Of a stretch of DNA of 43,829 bases, positions 1 to 9,469 are shown piece after piece. Location of the stretch: positions 1-43,829 of the IMG/VR virus record IMGVR_UViG_3300037869_000010, one strand, 5' to 3'. The stretch is from a virus (taxonomy: Duplodnaviria; Caudoviricetes). The notes beneath the pieces were generated by a model. That model had not been told where the DNA came from. It did not search any database and worked only from the letters and a program-made list of their open reading frames with translations. The position numbers and the translations under genes are program-made. Each line of letters opens with the position of its first letter. Position 1 is the stretch's first letter.

Positions 1-55
1 CTCGGTCGTCTCGACCGTCTGGAATGCCGGGCGCGGCACTGCGTGCGCGCCGGCT

Positions 56-78
56 GACAGGCGAGACGCCTGTCCTAC
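56..78. repeat. REP family A right arm (GACAGGCGAGACGCCTGTCCTAC); left arm probably at the window end
   Basis: Matches arms at 34783-34805, 40333-40355 and 43244-43266; the preceding spacer resembles 43214-43236. Confidence 0.9.
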
Positions 79-82
79 GTTT

Positions 83-289
83 TCAGACTTCGGCCGTCGT
101 CGGTGGCACCAGGCCGAGATCAGGCAAGTCGGGCAAGGGCAGCGGCTGCAAGGGCGCGAGCACAGCTTGTTTAAGCCGGATCAAGTGCTCGGCCTGGTGG
201 AAGGGAATGTCCACCACGTCGCCGGCGTGCACGATGACGTGTTTGGTGACCTGGATGCCGGTCTCGGGTGCGATGATTTTGATTTTCAT
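83..289 (-). CDS. small hypothetical protein in the neck/tail region
   Basis: 68-aa ATG ORF co-oriented with neighbours, bounded by two REP elements. Confidence 0.65.
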   Translation of the reverse strand: MKIKIIAPETGIQVTKHVIVHAGDVVDIPFHQAEHLIRLKQAVLAPLQPLPLPDLPDLGLVPPTTAEV

Positions 290-295
290 GGTTGG

Positions 296-410
296 GGTTC
301 GGAGTCCCGGCTTTAGCCGGTGGCGCTGTCACATTGTCGATCGTGGGTTGATATTTTCAAAGTCATCGTGTTGGCGAACGCCCCGCCGCCTGAAGGCGGG
401 ACTCCGAACC
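296..410. repeat. REP-like inverted pair, family C
   Basis: Imperfect 25-nt inverted arms GGTTCGGAGTCCCGGCTTTAGCCGG and CCGCCTGAAGGCGGGACTCCGAACC, each internally palindromic; intergenic. Confidence 0.8.
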
Positions 411-515
411 TCAGTCTTCTTCCTCTCGTTCCTGCGGAGGAGGGGAGAGCAGCACAAAGGTGATGAACGCTAACACGCACACGAACACGACCCCGACTAT
501 GATGAGCAGTATCAT
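411..515 (-). CDS. 34-aa single-TM protein absent from the ORF track (MILLIIVGVVFVCVLAFITFVLLSPPPQEREEED)
   Basis: ATG overlaps the upstream stop (ATGA at 515-512); hydrophobic helix followed by an acidic tail. Confidence 0.6.
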   Translation of the reverse strand: MILLIIVGVVFVCVLAFITFVLLSPPPQEREEED

Positions 516-1303
516 CGGCTGAACTCCTGGGCTCGTTTGTTCTGGTAGTTTTCCACCTGGCGCATCATTGCCCGCGCGCGGAAGGCCAGGGCGCGCTCGA
601 TGATCCGCGCGGATGGGTCAGCGGCCAACGCGCCCGCGTAGCTGACCGAGTTTTGGATCGTAATGCTGGGGTTGGTCGGGTTGTCGGTGTCGTCCTGGGC
701 TGAACCGGGTGTCGAGTGGCGCGTGATCCAGCGGGGCAGAGTCACACCGAACTTTTGCGCGGCGGTTTGCCACCCAGCTTTGGCGGCGCCGACGTGGCTG
801 AGTTTGAAAGTCAAAAGCTGTCCGATGGAGTCTTCGACAAATACACCGACGGCCGCATTCTTGCGCACGCGCCCGAGGCGGTTGCGGAATTTGCTGTGGG
901 CTTGGACTGACGCCCGTTCGGCCATCCATTCCGAGCGCTTGAGCTCGGTGCGCATGTAACGCTTGAAGGCCTCGTAATTACCTTGCTCGATCATCCATCC
1001 CAGCGCGGCCTTGACCTCGGGCTTGCGCGGGTTCTTTACGACGTCCAGGTTTTTGATCGAGTAGAACAAACCCTGGATCTGCGTGCGGACCGCGTGCTCG
1101 CCGATCTTCAGTTGCGTCGGCCAGGATTCGCTGGCGGGACTGCCAAACACAGCTTTCGAGAAGGGCGGGGTGAGTTTGCAGCAGTCGCTGGTGAGGAGCT
1201 TGGCCTGCTGTTTGAGCACGAGCTTCACGTCGCGCTTGCTGTTCTGCATGAACAGGCCGAAGGCGTGGTCGAAGGACGTGGTGTCGAGCGAGGAGGTGTT
1301 CAC
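512..1303 (-). CDS. putative neck/tail-completion morphogenesis protein
   Basis: 263-aa basic protein following the head-closure-like gene; assignment by synteny. Confidence 0.45.
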   Translation of the reverse strand: MNTSSLDTTSFDHAFGLFMQNSKRDVKLVLKQQAKLLTSDCCKLTPPFSKAVFGSPASESWPTQLKIGEHAVRTQIQGLFYSIKNLDVVKNPRKPEVKAALGWMIEQGNYEAFKRYMRTELKRSEWMAERASVQAHSKFRNRLGRVRKNAAVGVFVEDSIGQLLTFKLSHVGAAKAGWQTAAQKFGVTLPRWITRHSTPGSAQDDTDNPTNPSITIQNSVSYAGALAADPSARIIERALAFRARAMMRQVENYQNKRAQEFSR

Positions 1304-1308
1304 AATAT

Positions 1309-1380
1309 GAAACGGTGAAACGGTGAAACGGCGTGTCGGTGATCCGGTCTCCGTTTCGCCGACTCTCCGATTCGCCGGTT
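1309..1380. repeat. octamer tandem/inverted repeat element, family G
   Basis: GAAACGGT x3 facing CCGTTTCGCCGA..CCGATTCGCCGGTT; related units at 24218, 24490, 24557 and 41979. Confidence 0.75.
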
Positions 1381-1778
1381 CATCTCGACGGGTCTTTCAA
1401 ATCCAGCCGGATCACCGTTTGCGTCGCATCGATGCGGGCGCTGACGATCGTGTAGACCTTGTCCTGATACGTGAGGCGCTTGCCGGCGATGGGGACGGGC
1501 TTGTCGGTTTCATCGAGGGTCATTACCTGGTTGTCCACCACATCGAGCAGATCGTCAACGGCGAAGAAATATTCCCGCAACGTCAGGATCGAGAAACCGA
1601 CATCCACACCGAACCCGCCCATCTCAAGCGTGGTCGCGCGCTGATACGTGCTGGGGATCATCCGGACGGTCTTGCCTTTCCACAGGAAGAACGGCGCGGC
1701 GCCGCGGTTGCGCGAGCAGTCAGCGAGATCGCCAGTGAGCTCGTTGAAGGCGCTGGTGAGGTCGGTGGCGAGGGACAT
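1380..1778 (-). CDS. putative head-closure / head-tail joining protein
   Basis: 132 aa, beta-rich C-terminus (PIAGKRLTYQDKVYTIVS) of gpFII-like character; synteny. Confidence 0.5.
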   Translation of the reverse strand: MSLATDLTSAFNELTGDLADCSRNRGAAPFFLWKGKTVRMIPSTYQRATTLEMGGFGVDVGFSILTLREYFFAVDDLLDVVDNQVMTLDETDKPVPIAGKRLTYQDKVYTIVSARIDATQTVIRLDLKDPSR

Positions 1779-1781
1779 GGT

Positions 1782-1846
1782 CGTCGGAGCGTGAGGAGCG
1801 TCGGAGCGTCGGAGCGTGACGCTCTTACGCTTGGACGCTCTGACGT
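1782..1846. repeat. octamer hairpin element, family E
   Basis: Tandem CGTCGGAG units followed by inverted ACGCTC units; intergenic. Confidence 0.8.
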
Positions 1847-1849
1847 TCT

Positions 1850-2200
1850 TTACTTCGCGCCGGGCGGTGTGCCGTTCTGGTCCACGCGGCCTTGCGGGTA
1901 GCGTGCTTGGATGCGCCGGGCCAGGTTCGCGGCCAGGTCAAGGATCTGGTCGTCGACGATGCCTTGGCTGCTGAGATGCCCGTTGGCTACGTAAGCTTTG
2001 ACCAGGTCAAAGAAGATCCCGAAGAAACCGGGCGCTTCCACGCCAGTCGGCGTGCCGTTGGGAACCCAGGGCGTGCCGCCGGGTGTGGACGGTTGGCCGG
2101 CGCCGGGGACGGCGGGCGGCGTGCCGGGGGTGTTGCCGGGGGTGAATACGGCGGTGTTTTTTGCTGGGGCGGGCGTGGTGGTGTTTTTTGGGTCGCTCAT
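1850..2200 (-). CDS. Pro/Gly/Thr-rich hypothetical protein
   Basis: Start moved to ATG 2200 (MSDPKNT) because the longer call begins inside a repeat; TTGACT motif upstream. Confidence 0.6.
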   Translation of the reverse strand: MSDPKNTTTPAPAKNTAVFTPGNTPGTPPAVPGAGQPSTPGGTPWVPNGTPTGVEAPGFFGIFFDLVKAYVANGHLSSQGIVDDQILDLAANLARRIQARYPQGRVDQNGTPPGAK

Positions 2201-2252
2201 TTTGGGAAGGTTGTTTGGGTTTGTGGGTTTCACTGGAGGGGGCCGAGTCAAT

Positions 2253-2331
2253 GGAGCGCGGCGTTCACGCCGCTTCAACTCACACACGCCCAGCGGCTGC
2301 GGACATTGAAGCGGCGTGAACGCCGCGCTCC
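2253..2331. repeat. 79-bp REPIN-like element, family B
   Basis: 25-nt arms GGAGCGCGGCGTTCACGCCGCTTCA / TGAAGCGGCGTGAACGCCGCGCTCC with a 29-nt spacer; four copies of equal length. Confidence 0.92.
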
Positions 2332-2338
2332 GTGCCGC

Positions 2339-4111
2339 TCACAGTGCTCGTCTGCGCAGGGCGGGGCGGCCACCGTCTAAAACCACGGCCGCCGGGGGCG
2401 GCGCGTTAGTGCTGCTCGTGCGCTCGAGGATGAAGGCGCCGAAATCTGGGAAGCTGATGGGACATAATGGGACCGTGTCCCCATACGGGATCGCGCGCGA
2501 ATGGCTGGCGGCGCGCATGTCCAGGGTGAGCGTCTGGCTCGCGCTGACCACCTGGCTGGGCGCGTCGCCGTAAAAGTCTTGCAGGTTGTGGATCGTGACG
2601 ACGTCGCCAGGAGCCCAGCCGAACGGGACGACGTTCAGCACCACGTTGGCGCCGAGGCTCCAGTTGTAAATGATCGCCTGGCCGCGGTTGGTGTCGTACG
2701 CGTTGTTTTGCAGGGTGACGAAGTTGGCCGTCGGGAGCGCGTGGCTCACGGTCGAGTTCGCATCGTAACCGGTCTTGGCTGTCCACTGCGGCTTGGTCAT
2801 GTACGGCAGGCCTTCGAGCACCCAATCGTTGGTCGCGATGTTCGGGGCGATGCCAGGGTTGATGACGTATGTGTTGCGATCGAATGTCCACGGGAGGATC
2901 GCTTGGTTGGTGACCAGGCTCACGACGTGGTAGCCGTTGGTCATCGAGTTGATCATCACGTTGTTCGTGTACACCAAACTTTTCCACGAGCTCACCTGCA
3001 GGAACGATTTGTAAAAGTAATTGCCGGTGGCGATCAGGTCCGCGTACGCGATCTGGTCGGGCTGGTAGTAGAACGAGACGTCGGCCATGTAACCGAAATT
3101 GTTGATGAACTGCGCGTCGCTGACGCGGTCGGCCACGATGCCGTTGCGCGCCGCGATCAACGTGCCCCCATGCTGGCCAATGCCTCCCAGCCAGCAGTTC
3201 TCGAGGACGCGGAAGTGCGCGACGTTGGCGCTGCCGCTGCCGTACGCTTGCAAGCCCAGGTCGTAGGCCCCGCCCGAGAAGTTGCGTTTGACGATCTTGA
3301 ACAGGCCGCCCGGGCCCGCGGGCCCTTGCAAATAAAAGTTGTGCCCGTGATTGCTCGGGTAACCGTTGCGCGTGCCGGTCCAGCCATTGTTGAAAAGGAC
3401 GTTGCCGTAATATTCGTGCCCGTAGCTAACGCTGGAAAAGCTTTCGATCCCGCTGCTGCAATTGTGCACGACGCAGTTGATGATCTTGATCCCGACGCCT
3501 TGGGCATATATGCCGGAGGAGCGGGTGACATCGAGGGGGAAGCTTGAGTCGGCGCTCGAGGTGCGACTTTGGACCGAGCTCGAGTAAACCTCGATGTCCC
3601 TGAAAATTATATACGCGCCGGCGATAGTGCTCGGGATCTGGGTGCCGATGTAAACGGTCGGGCGCGCGCAAGCGTGATACCAGGGCGCATCGCCGCCATC
3701 GATGCGAGCATGTTCGCCAGGGTACGAGCGCACGGTGATCGGCGCGGCCGCGGTGCCCGACAGGATGATCTGAAAGATCCAACCTTCGTTGGCGCCCACG
3801 ACTGTTCCCTGGGGGGAATGAACATAGACACCTCCACGCAAATTGAGCGTGTCCCCTGCTACAATCGAAGCTGTTTTATTAAATGCCGTTTGGAGATCCC
3901 AAGGGGAGCCGATCAAGCCGGTGCCGTAAGGTGAACCGGTGGGGGAGGCGAACCAGGCGGCGCCGGAGGCGCTAAAACCAAAACCATCCAACAGGAGGAA
4001 GCAGAGACAGCAGAGAAGAGGCAGAGGATAATTGAATCCGGATCCGGAGGATTGAATTTTCTTCTCTGCTCTCTCTGCTTCCTCCTGTTGAATTCTGGGT
4101 CTGGTCTTCAC
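2339..4111 (-). CDS. right-handed beta-helix (pectin-lyase-like) protein with predicted signal peptide
   Basis: N-terminal FASPTG..GTG..SPWDLQTA..GDTLNLRGGVY motif; Asn-ladder repeats; hydrophobic leader ending SASGA; GTGA overlap with upstream gene. Confidence 0.7.
   Translation of the reverse strand: MKTRPRIQQEEAERAEKKIQSSGSGFNYPLPLLCCLCFLLLDGFGFSASGAAWFASPTGSPYGTGLIGSPWDLQTAFNKTASIVAGDTLNLRGGVYVHSPQGTVVGANEGWIFQIILSGTAAAPITVRSYPGEHARIDGGDAPWYHACARPTVYIGTQIPSTIAGAYIIFRDIEVYSSSVQSRTSSADSSFPLDVTRSSGIYAQGVGIKIINCVVHNCSSGIESFSSVSYGHEYYGNVLFNNGWTGTRNGYPSNHGHNFYLQGPAGPGGLFKIVKRNFSGGAYDLGLQAYGSGSANVAHFRVLENCWLGGIGQHGGTLIAARNGIVADRVSDAQFINNFGYMADVSFYYQPDQIAYADLIATGNYFYKSFLQVSSWKSLVYTNNVMINSMTNGYHVVSLVTNQAILPWTFDRNTYVINPGIAPNIATNDWVLEGLPYMTKPQWTAKTGYDANSTVSHALPTANFVTLQNNAYDTNRGQAIIYNWSLGANVVLNVVPFGWAPGDVVTIHNLQDFYGDAPSQVVSASQTLTLDMRAASHSRAIPYGDTVPLCPISFPDFGAFILERTSSTNAPPPAAVVLDGGRPALRRRAL
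3986..4093. repeat. AACAGGAG hairpin element, family D, inside the signal-peptide region
   Basis: AACAGGAGGAAGCAGAGACAGCAGAG ... CTCTGCTCTCTCTGCTTCCTCCTGTT. Confidence 0.9.
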
Positions 4112-4677
4112 CTGCTCACCCAGACTTCGCCGTGAACCTCGGCGAATACCACGGCTGAGCGCACTTCGTTAGTCGGCAGCACGCCGATCACTTGCAGGCC
4201 CGCGGGCCAGGTGATCGGGAACCCCGTCAGGTTGCGGAGCTGTAAAACAAACACTGACCCGGCCGGGATTGCGCCCAGGGTGAATGCGGTGGGGATGGTG
4301 ATCTCCCGGTACAGATCGCGCCCGGCGCCAGGCCAGGCGATGACATTGTTCGTCATGTCCACCACGAGGCGAGTGGACACGACGACGTTCGTGATGATGG
4401 TCACGTATGTGTTCGTAACCGTCACGAAATTGTTGGTCACGTAGGTGACGACGTTGGTGACGTACACGTTGGTCACGAAAAGGTTCGTCTGCGGCGGCGC
4501 GGGGAAACTGACCGAGAGAGTTACGGGCAGTGTGACGGGCAAAGGCGTCTGCGCGCGGGCAGGAAGACCAAAACAATTGAACAGGAGGTAGCAGAGAGAG
4601 CAGAGAAGAAGAAAATTCCCCTTCGGTCTCTGCTGTCTCTGTTTGCTCCTGTTGGATCTGGATTGGTTCTTCTTCAT
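4108..4677 (-). CDS. predicted secreted protein with VTN repeats
   Basis: ATG 4677 overlaps the upstream TGA; leader MKK..LLLCSLCYLLF..ARA; VTN-rich segment. Confidence 0.7.
   Translation of the reverse strand: MKKNQSRSNRSKQRQQRPKGNFLLLCSLCYLLFNCFGLPARAQTPLPVTLPVTLSVSFPAPPQTNLFVTNVYVTNVVTYVTNNFVTVTNTYVTIITNVVVSTRLVVDMTNNVIAWPGAGRDLYREITIPTAFTLGAIPAGSVFVLQLRNLTGFPITWPAGLQVIGVLPTNEVRSAVVFAEVHGEVWVSR
4576..4657. repeat. family D element inside the signal-peptide region
   Basis: AACAGGAGGTAGCAGAGAGAGCAGAG ... CTCTGCTGTCTCTGTTTGCTCCTGTT. Confidence 0.9.
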
Positions 4678-7600
4678 TGTACAAGTCCTACCTTCTTCAA
4701 CACGCCACCGATCATCACCTCGGCGTAGTTGGTTGTTACCAGCGCGACGGTCGCGCCGGTGATGACGGTGCCAAGGGCCCACGGCGCTGCGCCGCTGCCA
4801 GGACTGCCCGTCGTAATTGTCGGATGGATCGCGGCGCCGACGCCGGACATCCGCCAGCGGGAACTGGTGCCGTCGTAAAAGAGGGTCGCGCCGGAGCCGG
4901 GGAATAAACCGATGTCAGCGGCGAATGCGAATCGATTCGTTGCATCGCTCGAAACGCTCTGTGAATTCAATGTGATGTTGAAACTCCCGCTGTTGAACAG
5001 GAGGAGCTCGTCGCCCGCGATCCCGGCTAGTAACCCGGTGATGTTGCGCGCGGCATCCGAGTTGACTCGCACGACCGACGCGGCCGCCAGGCCCGTGGGG
5101 TTGTAATCGTTTTTGTCCGAGGTGATCTGCGTGGGACTGATCACACCGGTCTGCCGGCGCCGATCGGTGAACGTCGCCACGCCGCTGTTCGTTGGCGTGG
5201 TCAGGACGGGCCCGGTGGCGAAGACGGCCAGGCCGGTGCCTGTTTCGTCGGTGAGGGTCGCGGCCAGGACGCTCGAGGCGAAGCTCGAGCTGACGTTTTT
5301 CGATGCGTCGACGGCGAGGACACGTGAGAGCGTTTGAGCGTAGAGCGTCAGAGCGTTGGTGATCGCCAGGCTGATGGATGTCGGGGTGCCGACGAAAGAC
5401 GGGTCGGTAAGCGCCGGGCCGATCGAGAACACGACGCCGCCAGTGCCCACTTCGTCAATGAGCGTGTCGGCCAGGCGCAGGCTCGTGAAGCTGGTGTCAA
5501 CAATGCCGCCCGAGGACACGCCCAGGAACCGCGCGCCGGTGACGCCGGCCAGGGTAAGCCTGTTGGTGATCACCACGCTGTTGGCCGTCAGGATGCCGGA
5601 CAGGTCCGCGTTGGTCGTGCCGTTGGCCCGCAAGTTGGCGTTGTTGGCTGCCAGGGTGGTGCCGTCGAAGGTCATGTTCGAACCGATGGTGACCGGCGCC
5701 AGTTTCTTGGCCGAGTCCGTCCGGACCAGGCTCGAGGCAGTGACATCGAGCACGGTGAGGCCGTTGGTGAGGATGGCTGAGTTGGCCGCGGCCAGGCCGG
5801 TGAGGGTCGCGTTGGTGCCGGCGCCTACCCAGCGCGAAGCGTTCAGTTTCACCCAGGCGCCGTTGTAGAAATAGAGCTGGTCGCCCACGGTGTCGTAACC
5901 GAGCGGCACGGTGCCGGCGAGCTCGACGGCCGGCACACCTGTCGGCACTCCGCCGAAGGTGGGCACGTAAAGGAACTTGTTGGTACGCGTGGTGGTGCTC
6001 GAGCCGTCGCCGATGACGGTGGATAGGTTCTTGGTGAGCTGGAGGCCGGCGACGTCCTCGATGCGCAAGCGCACGGCGTAACCCATAGCCGTGCCGAGGC
6101 TGAAATTGGTATTAGCGGCGTCAAACCTGTCCGTGTAGCCAAGGATGAACGGGACGCTGCCGCCGCCTTCGGCCAACGACAAAAGCGCGAAGCCGGTGAT
6201 GTTCGTGCGGCTGATCGAGAGCATCCCCGAGTTGTACGTGATCGAGTTGGTGTACGCGGTGAAGGTGCTGGTGAACTTGCCGGTGGCCAGGTTGAAGAAG
6301 GGGATCGCCCCCGAGAGACTCCCGCTCAAATCGGACCCCATGCCCCCGTGGCCCGCGCTGACAGGATCGCCCAGGCCTGTGCTCGAGGCGATGGTGACGG
6401 TGGTGGCGTTCGAACTGAGCGTGACGCCGGCGCCCGCTTCGAGCGAACGGAAGCGCAGGTCCAGGCCGCTCTTGGTGTTAGCCAGGCCTTGGATGGTCGC
6501 CGAGGCGGTGCCGAGGTTGGAGGCGGTGTTGGCTTCGCCGCTGGCGCCGGACGTAGAGGCGATGACCACGGTGGTGGCGTTAGATGTTAACGTCACGCCC
6601 GAACCGGCTTCCAACGACCGGAAACGCAGGTCCAGGGCGCTCTTGGTAGCCGCCAGGCCTTGGATGGTAGCCGAGGCGGTCCCGAGGTTTGACGCGGTGT
6701 TGGTTTCCCCGCCGCTCGTGAAAGCCTCGCTGCCCACGATGCGGTCCAAGGGAATGTTGGTGATCGTGAGGTTGCCAAAGATATCGAGCGCAAGCGGGGT
6801 GCTGGCGGAGACCGCGACTGTCCCGGAGGCGTTGGGCAGTGCCCAGATGCGATCGGCCGTGGGGTTCTGCGGGATGAGCATACCCTCGAAGGCGTCCGCG
6901 ATGGTCCCTTCGAACAGGATGCCCGCGAAAGCGAATTCGACTTCGTTCGCGGCCAGGGTGTTAGAAATAAGTGTGTCCGCGTAGCTGAAGGCCAGGGTGA
7001 CATCGGCGCTCAGGTCGCCGCCGCCCGTCAGGCCGCGCCCGGCGATGATCTGGCGCCCGGTGCCGACGTAGGCTGCCGAGGCGGGTGATTGGGTGGCGGG
7101 GACGGCGGTGATGACCACCGTTGCCGCGTTCGAGCTCAGGGTGATGCCCGTGCCGGCGGCCAGGCTCCGGAACTGCAGGTCGTGGACGCTTTTGGCGGAG
7201 AAAAGGCCCTGGACCAGGGTGCCGTTGGTGCCGAGGTTCGACGCGGTGTTGGTCTCGCCGCCGCTCTGGAAATTGACGCTGCCCACGCCGGCGACCTGGT
7301 GCCAGGCGCTGGCGGCGTCCCGGCGTAACACGAGGATCTGACCGGTGAGCAGGTGCAGGTCGGCCCCGCCGTTCAGGAGGAGGCCAGCGCTATTGATGAG
7401 CGTGACATTTGTATTTGCCGCGAAGAAAGTTCTGTCCATGCCGGGCAGCCCGTCGGAGAAATCTGTGATGCTCGTGGGGACGGAATAATTCAACAGGTAG
7501 CTCGGCGCATCCCGCACACTCGGTGTGGCGCCGGTGGTGATGGTCTTGACGACCGCGCCGCCGGCGTCCGCTAAGGGCACGGTGTTATCGTGGATGAGGT

Positions 7601-8903
7601 TCAGGATCCCCACGCGGTTGGACGCGCCGGTGTTGTTGATGCCGGTGGCAAAGCCGCGGATGAAATTGCGGTCCACCGTCGTGTCCGAGCCGGTGAGGAG
7701 GATTCCCGTGCCTGCGGCGCCGACGTTAACCAGCGTATTATCGAGGATCGAGTTCTTTGCGCCGGTGGAAGCCAGGCCGGCGACAGGTGAATTGGTCACC
7801 ACGTTATGAGCGATGGCCGAGAGTGCTGAGGACTCAAGGACAATGCCACCGGCCTGAGCGATAGCACTGGACTGTTGGATCGTCACGTTGGCGATGTGGT
7901 TGTCAAAAACTTTTGCGCTGATGTTGTTGCTCAGGTAAATCCCCGAGCCGGCAGCGTTGGTGATGGTGTTGCCGGCGAAAATGTTGCGCTGCGCGCTCAG
8001 GCCCATGGTCCCCACGCTTTGAATTCCATAACCCCCAAGGTTAAGAACTCCGATCGTGTTGCCTTGCGCGATCCAGTTGTTGAGCACGCGGCCGTCCTGC
8101 ATATCGAGCGTCGCGATGCCGTAATGGGTTTTGTTGCCCACGAGCACGCAATCCTCGATCACGACCGCGCGGGTGATGTCCGCGGTGCCGCCGATCAGAA
8201 TCTCAGCGGAGGCCTCGAAGGTGGCGAGGGCGTTGCCGTTCCCGTAGAACCGGCAGGCTTGCACGTGCACACCGAATGAACTCTGAGAACGCACGGGCGC
8301 GATCCAGCCGCTCTGCGGGATGCGCGTGGCGTCGGTAAATTCACATTCACGCACCAGGACGTTGGTGCAGAAAAGCGCGGCCACAGCCTGAGAATATTTC
8401 CCGCTGAATTTGAGGCCGATGATTTGGATGTTGGTTTTGCCATAAGCGCTCAAGCCGACGTCCACGTTGGTCAACACGAGCTCGCTCGACATGCCGTCGC
8501 CAATCAAGCGCGTGTTGTCGGGCAGGTCGATCGTCGCGTCGATCCAGTAACGGCCCTTAGGGACGATGACCGCGGCTCCCTTGCTGGAATCGATCGCGAG
8601 CTGGAACGCGGTGGTCGAGAAGTCCACGGGCGAGTTGGTCGCGCCGTAAAAGGTGATCGTGTTGGTCAGCTCGGTGATCGACTGGAACAGGGTGGTGAAG
8701 TTGGTCTCGGCCTTTTTGAGGGCGGCGGCGGGGGTGTCGATGGCCGTATTGATGTGGAGCTGAATCGGCGCGGCGGCGGACAGGAGAAGGGGATTGAACA
8801 GGAGGAAGCAGAGAGAGCAGAGAATTAAATTTATCCAATTCTCTTTCCCCCTCTGCGCTCTCTGCTTGCTCCTGTTGGATCCGGATTCTTGTTCGTCTTT
8901 CAT
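4674..8903 (-). CDS. large fibre/adhesin-like protein with signal peptide, N-terminal beta-helix domain and internal repeats
   Basis: AFQLAID..VIVPKGRY pectate-lyase-3-like start; three SGE.NTASNLGT..LRFRSL.AG repeats (about 6380-7270); start moved to ATG 8903, just after a terminator. Confidence 0.7.
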   Translation of the reverse strand: MKDEQESGSNRSKQRAQRGKENWINLILCSLCFLLFNPLLLSAAAPIQLHINTAIDTPAAALKKAETNFTTLFQSITELTNTITFYGATNSPVDFSTTAFQLAIDSSKGAAVIVPKGRYWIDATIDLPDNTRLIGDGMSSELVLTNVDVGLSAYGKTNIQIIGLKFSGKYSQAVAALFCTNVLVRECEFTDATRIPQSGWIAPVRSQSSFGVHVQACRFYGNGNALATFEASAEILIGGTADITRAVVIEDCVLVGNKTHYGIATLDMQDGRVLNNWIAQGNTIGVLNLGGYGIQSVGTMGLSAQRNIFAGNTITNAAGSGIYLSNNISAKVFDNHIANVTIQQSSAIAQAGGIVLESSALSAIAHNVVTNSPVAGLASTGAKNSILDNTLVNVGAAGTGILLTGSDTTVDRNFIRGFATGINNTGASNRVGILNLIHDNTVPLADAGGAVVKTITTGATPSVRDAPSYLLNYSVPTSITDFSDGLPGMDRTFFAANTNVTLINSAGLLLNGGADLHLLTGQILVLRRDAASAWHQVAGVGSVNFQSGGETNTASNLGTNGTLVQGLFSAKSVHDLQFRSLAAGTGITLSSNAATVVITAVPATQSPASAAYVGTGRQIIAGRGLTGGGDLSADVTLAFSYADTLISNTLAANEVEFAFAGILFEGTIADAFEGMLIPQNPTADRIWALPNASGTVAVSASTPLALDIFGNLTITNIPLDRIVGSEAFTSGGETNTASNLGTASATIQGLAATKSALDLRFRSLEAGSGVTLTSNATTVVIASTSGASGEANTASNLGTASATIQGLANTKSGLDLRFRSLEAGAGVTLSSNATTVTIASSTGLGDPVSAGHGGMGSDLSGSLSGAIPFFNLATGKFTSTFTAYTNSITYNSGMLSISRTNITGFALLSLAEGGGSVPFILGYTDRFDAANTNFSLGTAMGYAVRLRIEDVAGLQLTKNLSTVIGDGSSTTTRTNKFLYVPTFGGVPTGVPAVELAGTVPLGYDTVGDQLYFYNGAWVKLNASRWVGAGTNATLTGLAAANSAILTNGLTVLDVTASSLVRTDSAKKLAPVTIGSNMTFDGTTLAANNANLRANGTTNADLSGILTANSVVITNRLTLAGVTGARFLGVSSGGIVDTSFTSLRLADTLIDEVGTGGVVFSIGPALTDPSFVGTPTSISLAITNALTLYAQTLSRVLAVDASKNVSSSFASSVLAATLTDETGTGLAVFATGPVLTTPTNSGVATFTDRRRQTGVISPTQITSDKNDYNPTGLAAASVVRVNSDAARNITGLLAGIAGDELLLFNSGSFNITLNSQSVSSDATNRFAFAADIGLFPGSGATLFYDGTSSRWRMSGVGAAIHPTITTGSPGSGAAPWALGTVITGATVALVTTNYAEVMIGGVLKKVGLVQ
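8793..8880. repeat. family D element inside the signal-peptide region
   Basis: AACAGGAGGAAGCAGAGAGAGCAGAG ... CTCTGCGCTCTCTGCTTGCTCCTGTT. Confidence 0.9.
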
Positions 8904-8907
8904 ACTC

Positions 8908-8950
8908 AAAAAAAAGGGCCGGCCGGTAAAAACCACCGGGCCGGCCTTTT
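8908..8950 (-). terminator. intrinsic terminator after the capsid/decoration genes
   Basis: Minus strand GGCCGGCCCGGT-loop-ACCGGCCGGCC followed by a T8 run. Confidence 0.75.
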
Positions 8951-8990
8951 GGTCTGCGTCGGGCTAAAGTCCGGCGCTGATTGGGAATTG

Positions 8991-9389
8991 TTAAACCACC
9001 AGTGACACCGTGTTGGTCGCTGCGGTGTTGTCGCCGCCAGCGGTGAGGACCGCGCGGTTGACCCGGATGTAGCGACGGGTGGTCGCTGGCAGCCGCAGGT
9101 TGACGTTGCCCGCTGCCACGCCGACGCCGCCCGCGCCCGTGAGGGTGTAGGAGGGGCCGCCGTTGATGGCGGCGTACGAGCTGTCGTCCGCCGAATCCTT
9201 GACGGTGAAAATGATGGTCTTTGCGTCCGCCAAGTTCGGGAGCGCCGGCCAGGCGATGTTCAGCGCTATGGTCTCGGGTTTGTAGCCCGCTGACTGCAGG
9301 TCAATGGTGGTCGTGTCGTCGTTCGCGGCCGCGGCCGGGAAGACTTTCGTGACGATGAGTTTTGCGTCTTTAAGTGCTCTGTCGATCAT
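8991..9389 (-). CDS. putative capsid decoration/cement protein
   Basis: 132 aa directly after the capsid gene; MID..L start and TRRYIRV motif resemble Bbp16-like cement proteins. Confidence 0.55.
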   Translation of the reverse strand: MIDRALKDAKLIVTKVFPAAAANDDTTTIDLQSAGYKPETIALNIAWPALPNLADAKTIIFTVKDSADDSSYAAINGGPSYTLTGAGGVGVAAGNVNLRLPATTRRYIRVNRAVLTAGGDNTAATNTVSLVV

Positions 9390-9395
9390 ATTGTT

Positions 9396-9464
9396 ATTTC
9401 CGATTTGCGATTTCCGATTTCCGATTTGCCTTCAATCGGCAATCGGCAATTGGCATTCGGCAAT
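9396..9464. repeat. heptamer hairpin element, family I
   Basis: Tandem GATTTCC then tandem AATCGGC; second copy at 15101-15183. Confidence 0.85.
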
Positions 9465-9469
9465 TCTTG

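Noticed and set aside
9394-9456. Additional repeat-spanning mini-ORF after the capsid gene
   Set aside because: Its ATG is 13 nt from the upstream stop, so coupling is not evident; the 1782, 10954 and 41947 elements also lack such ORFs
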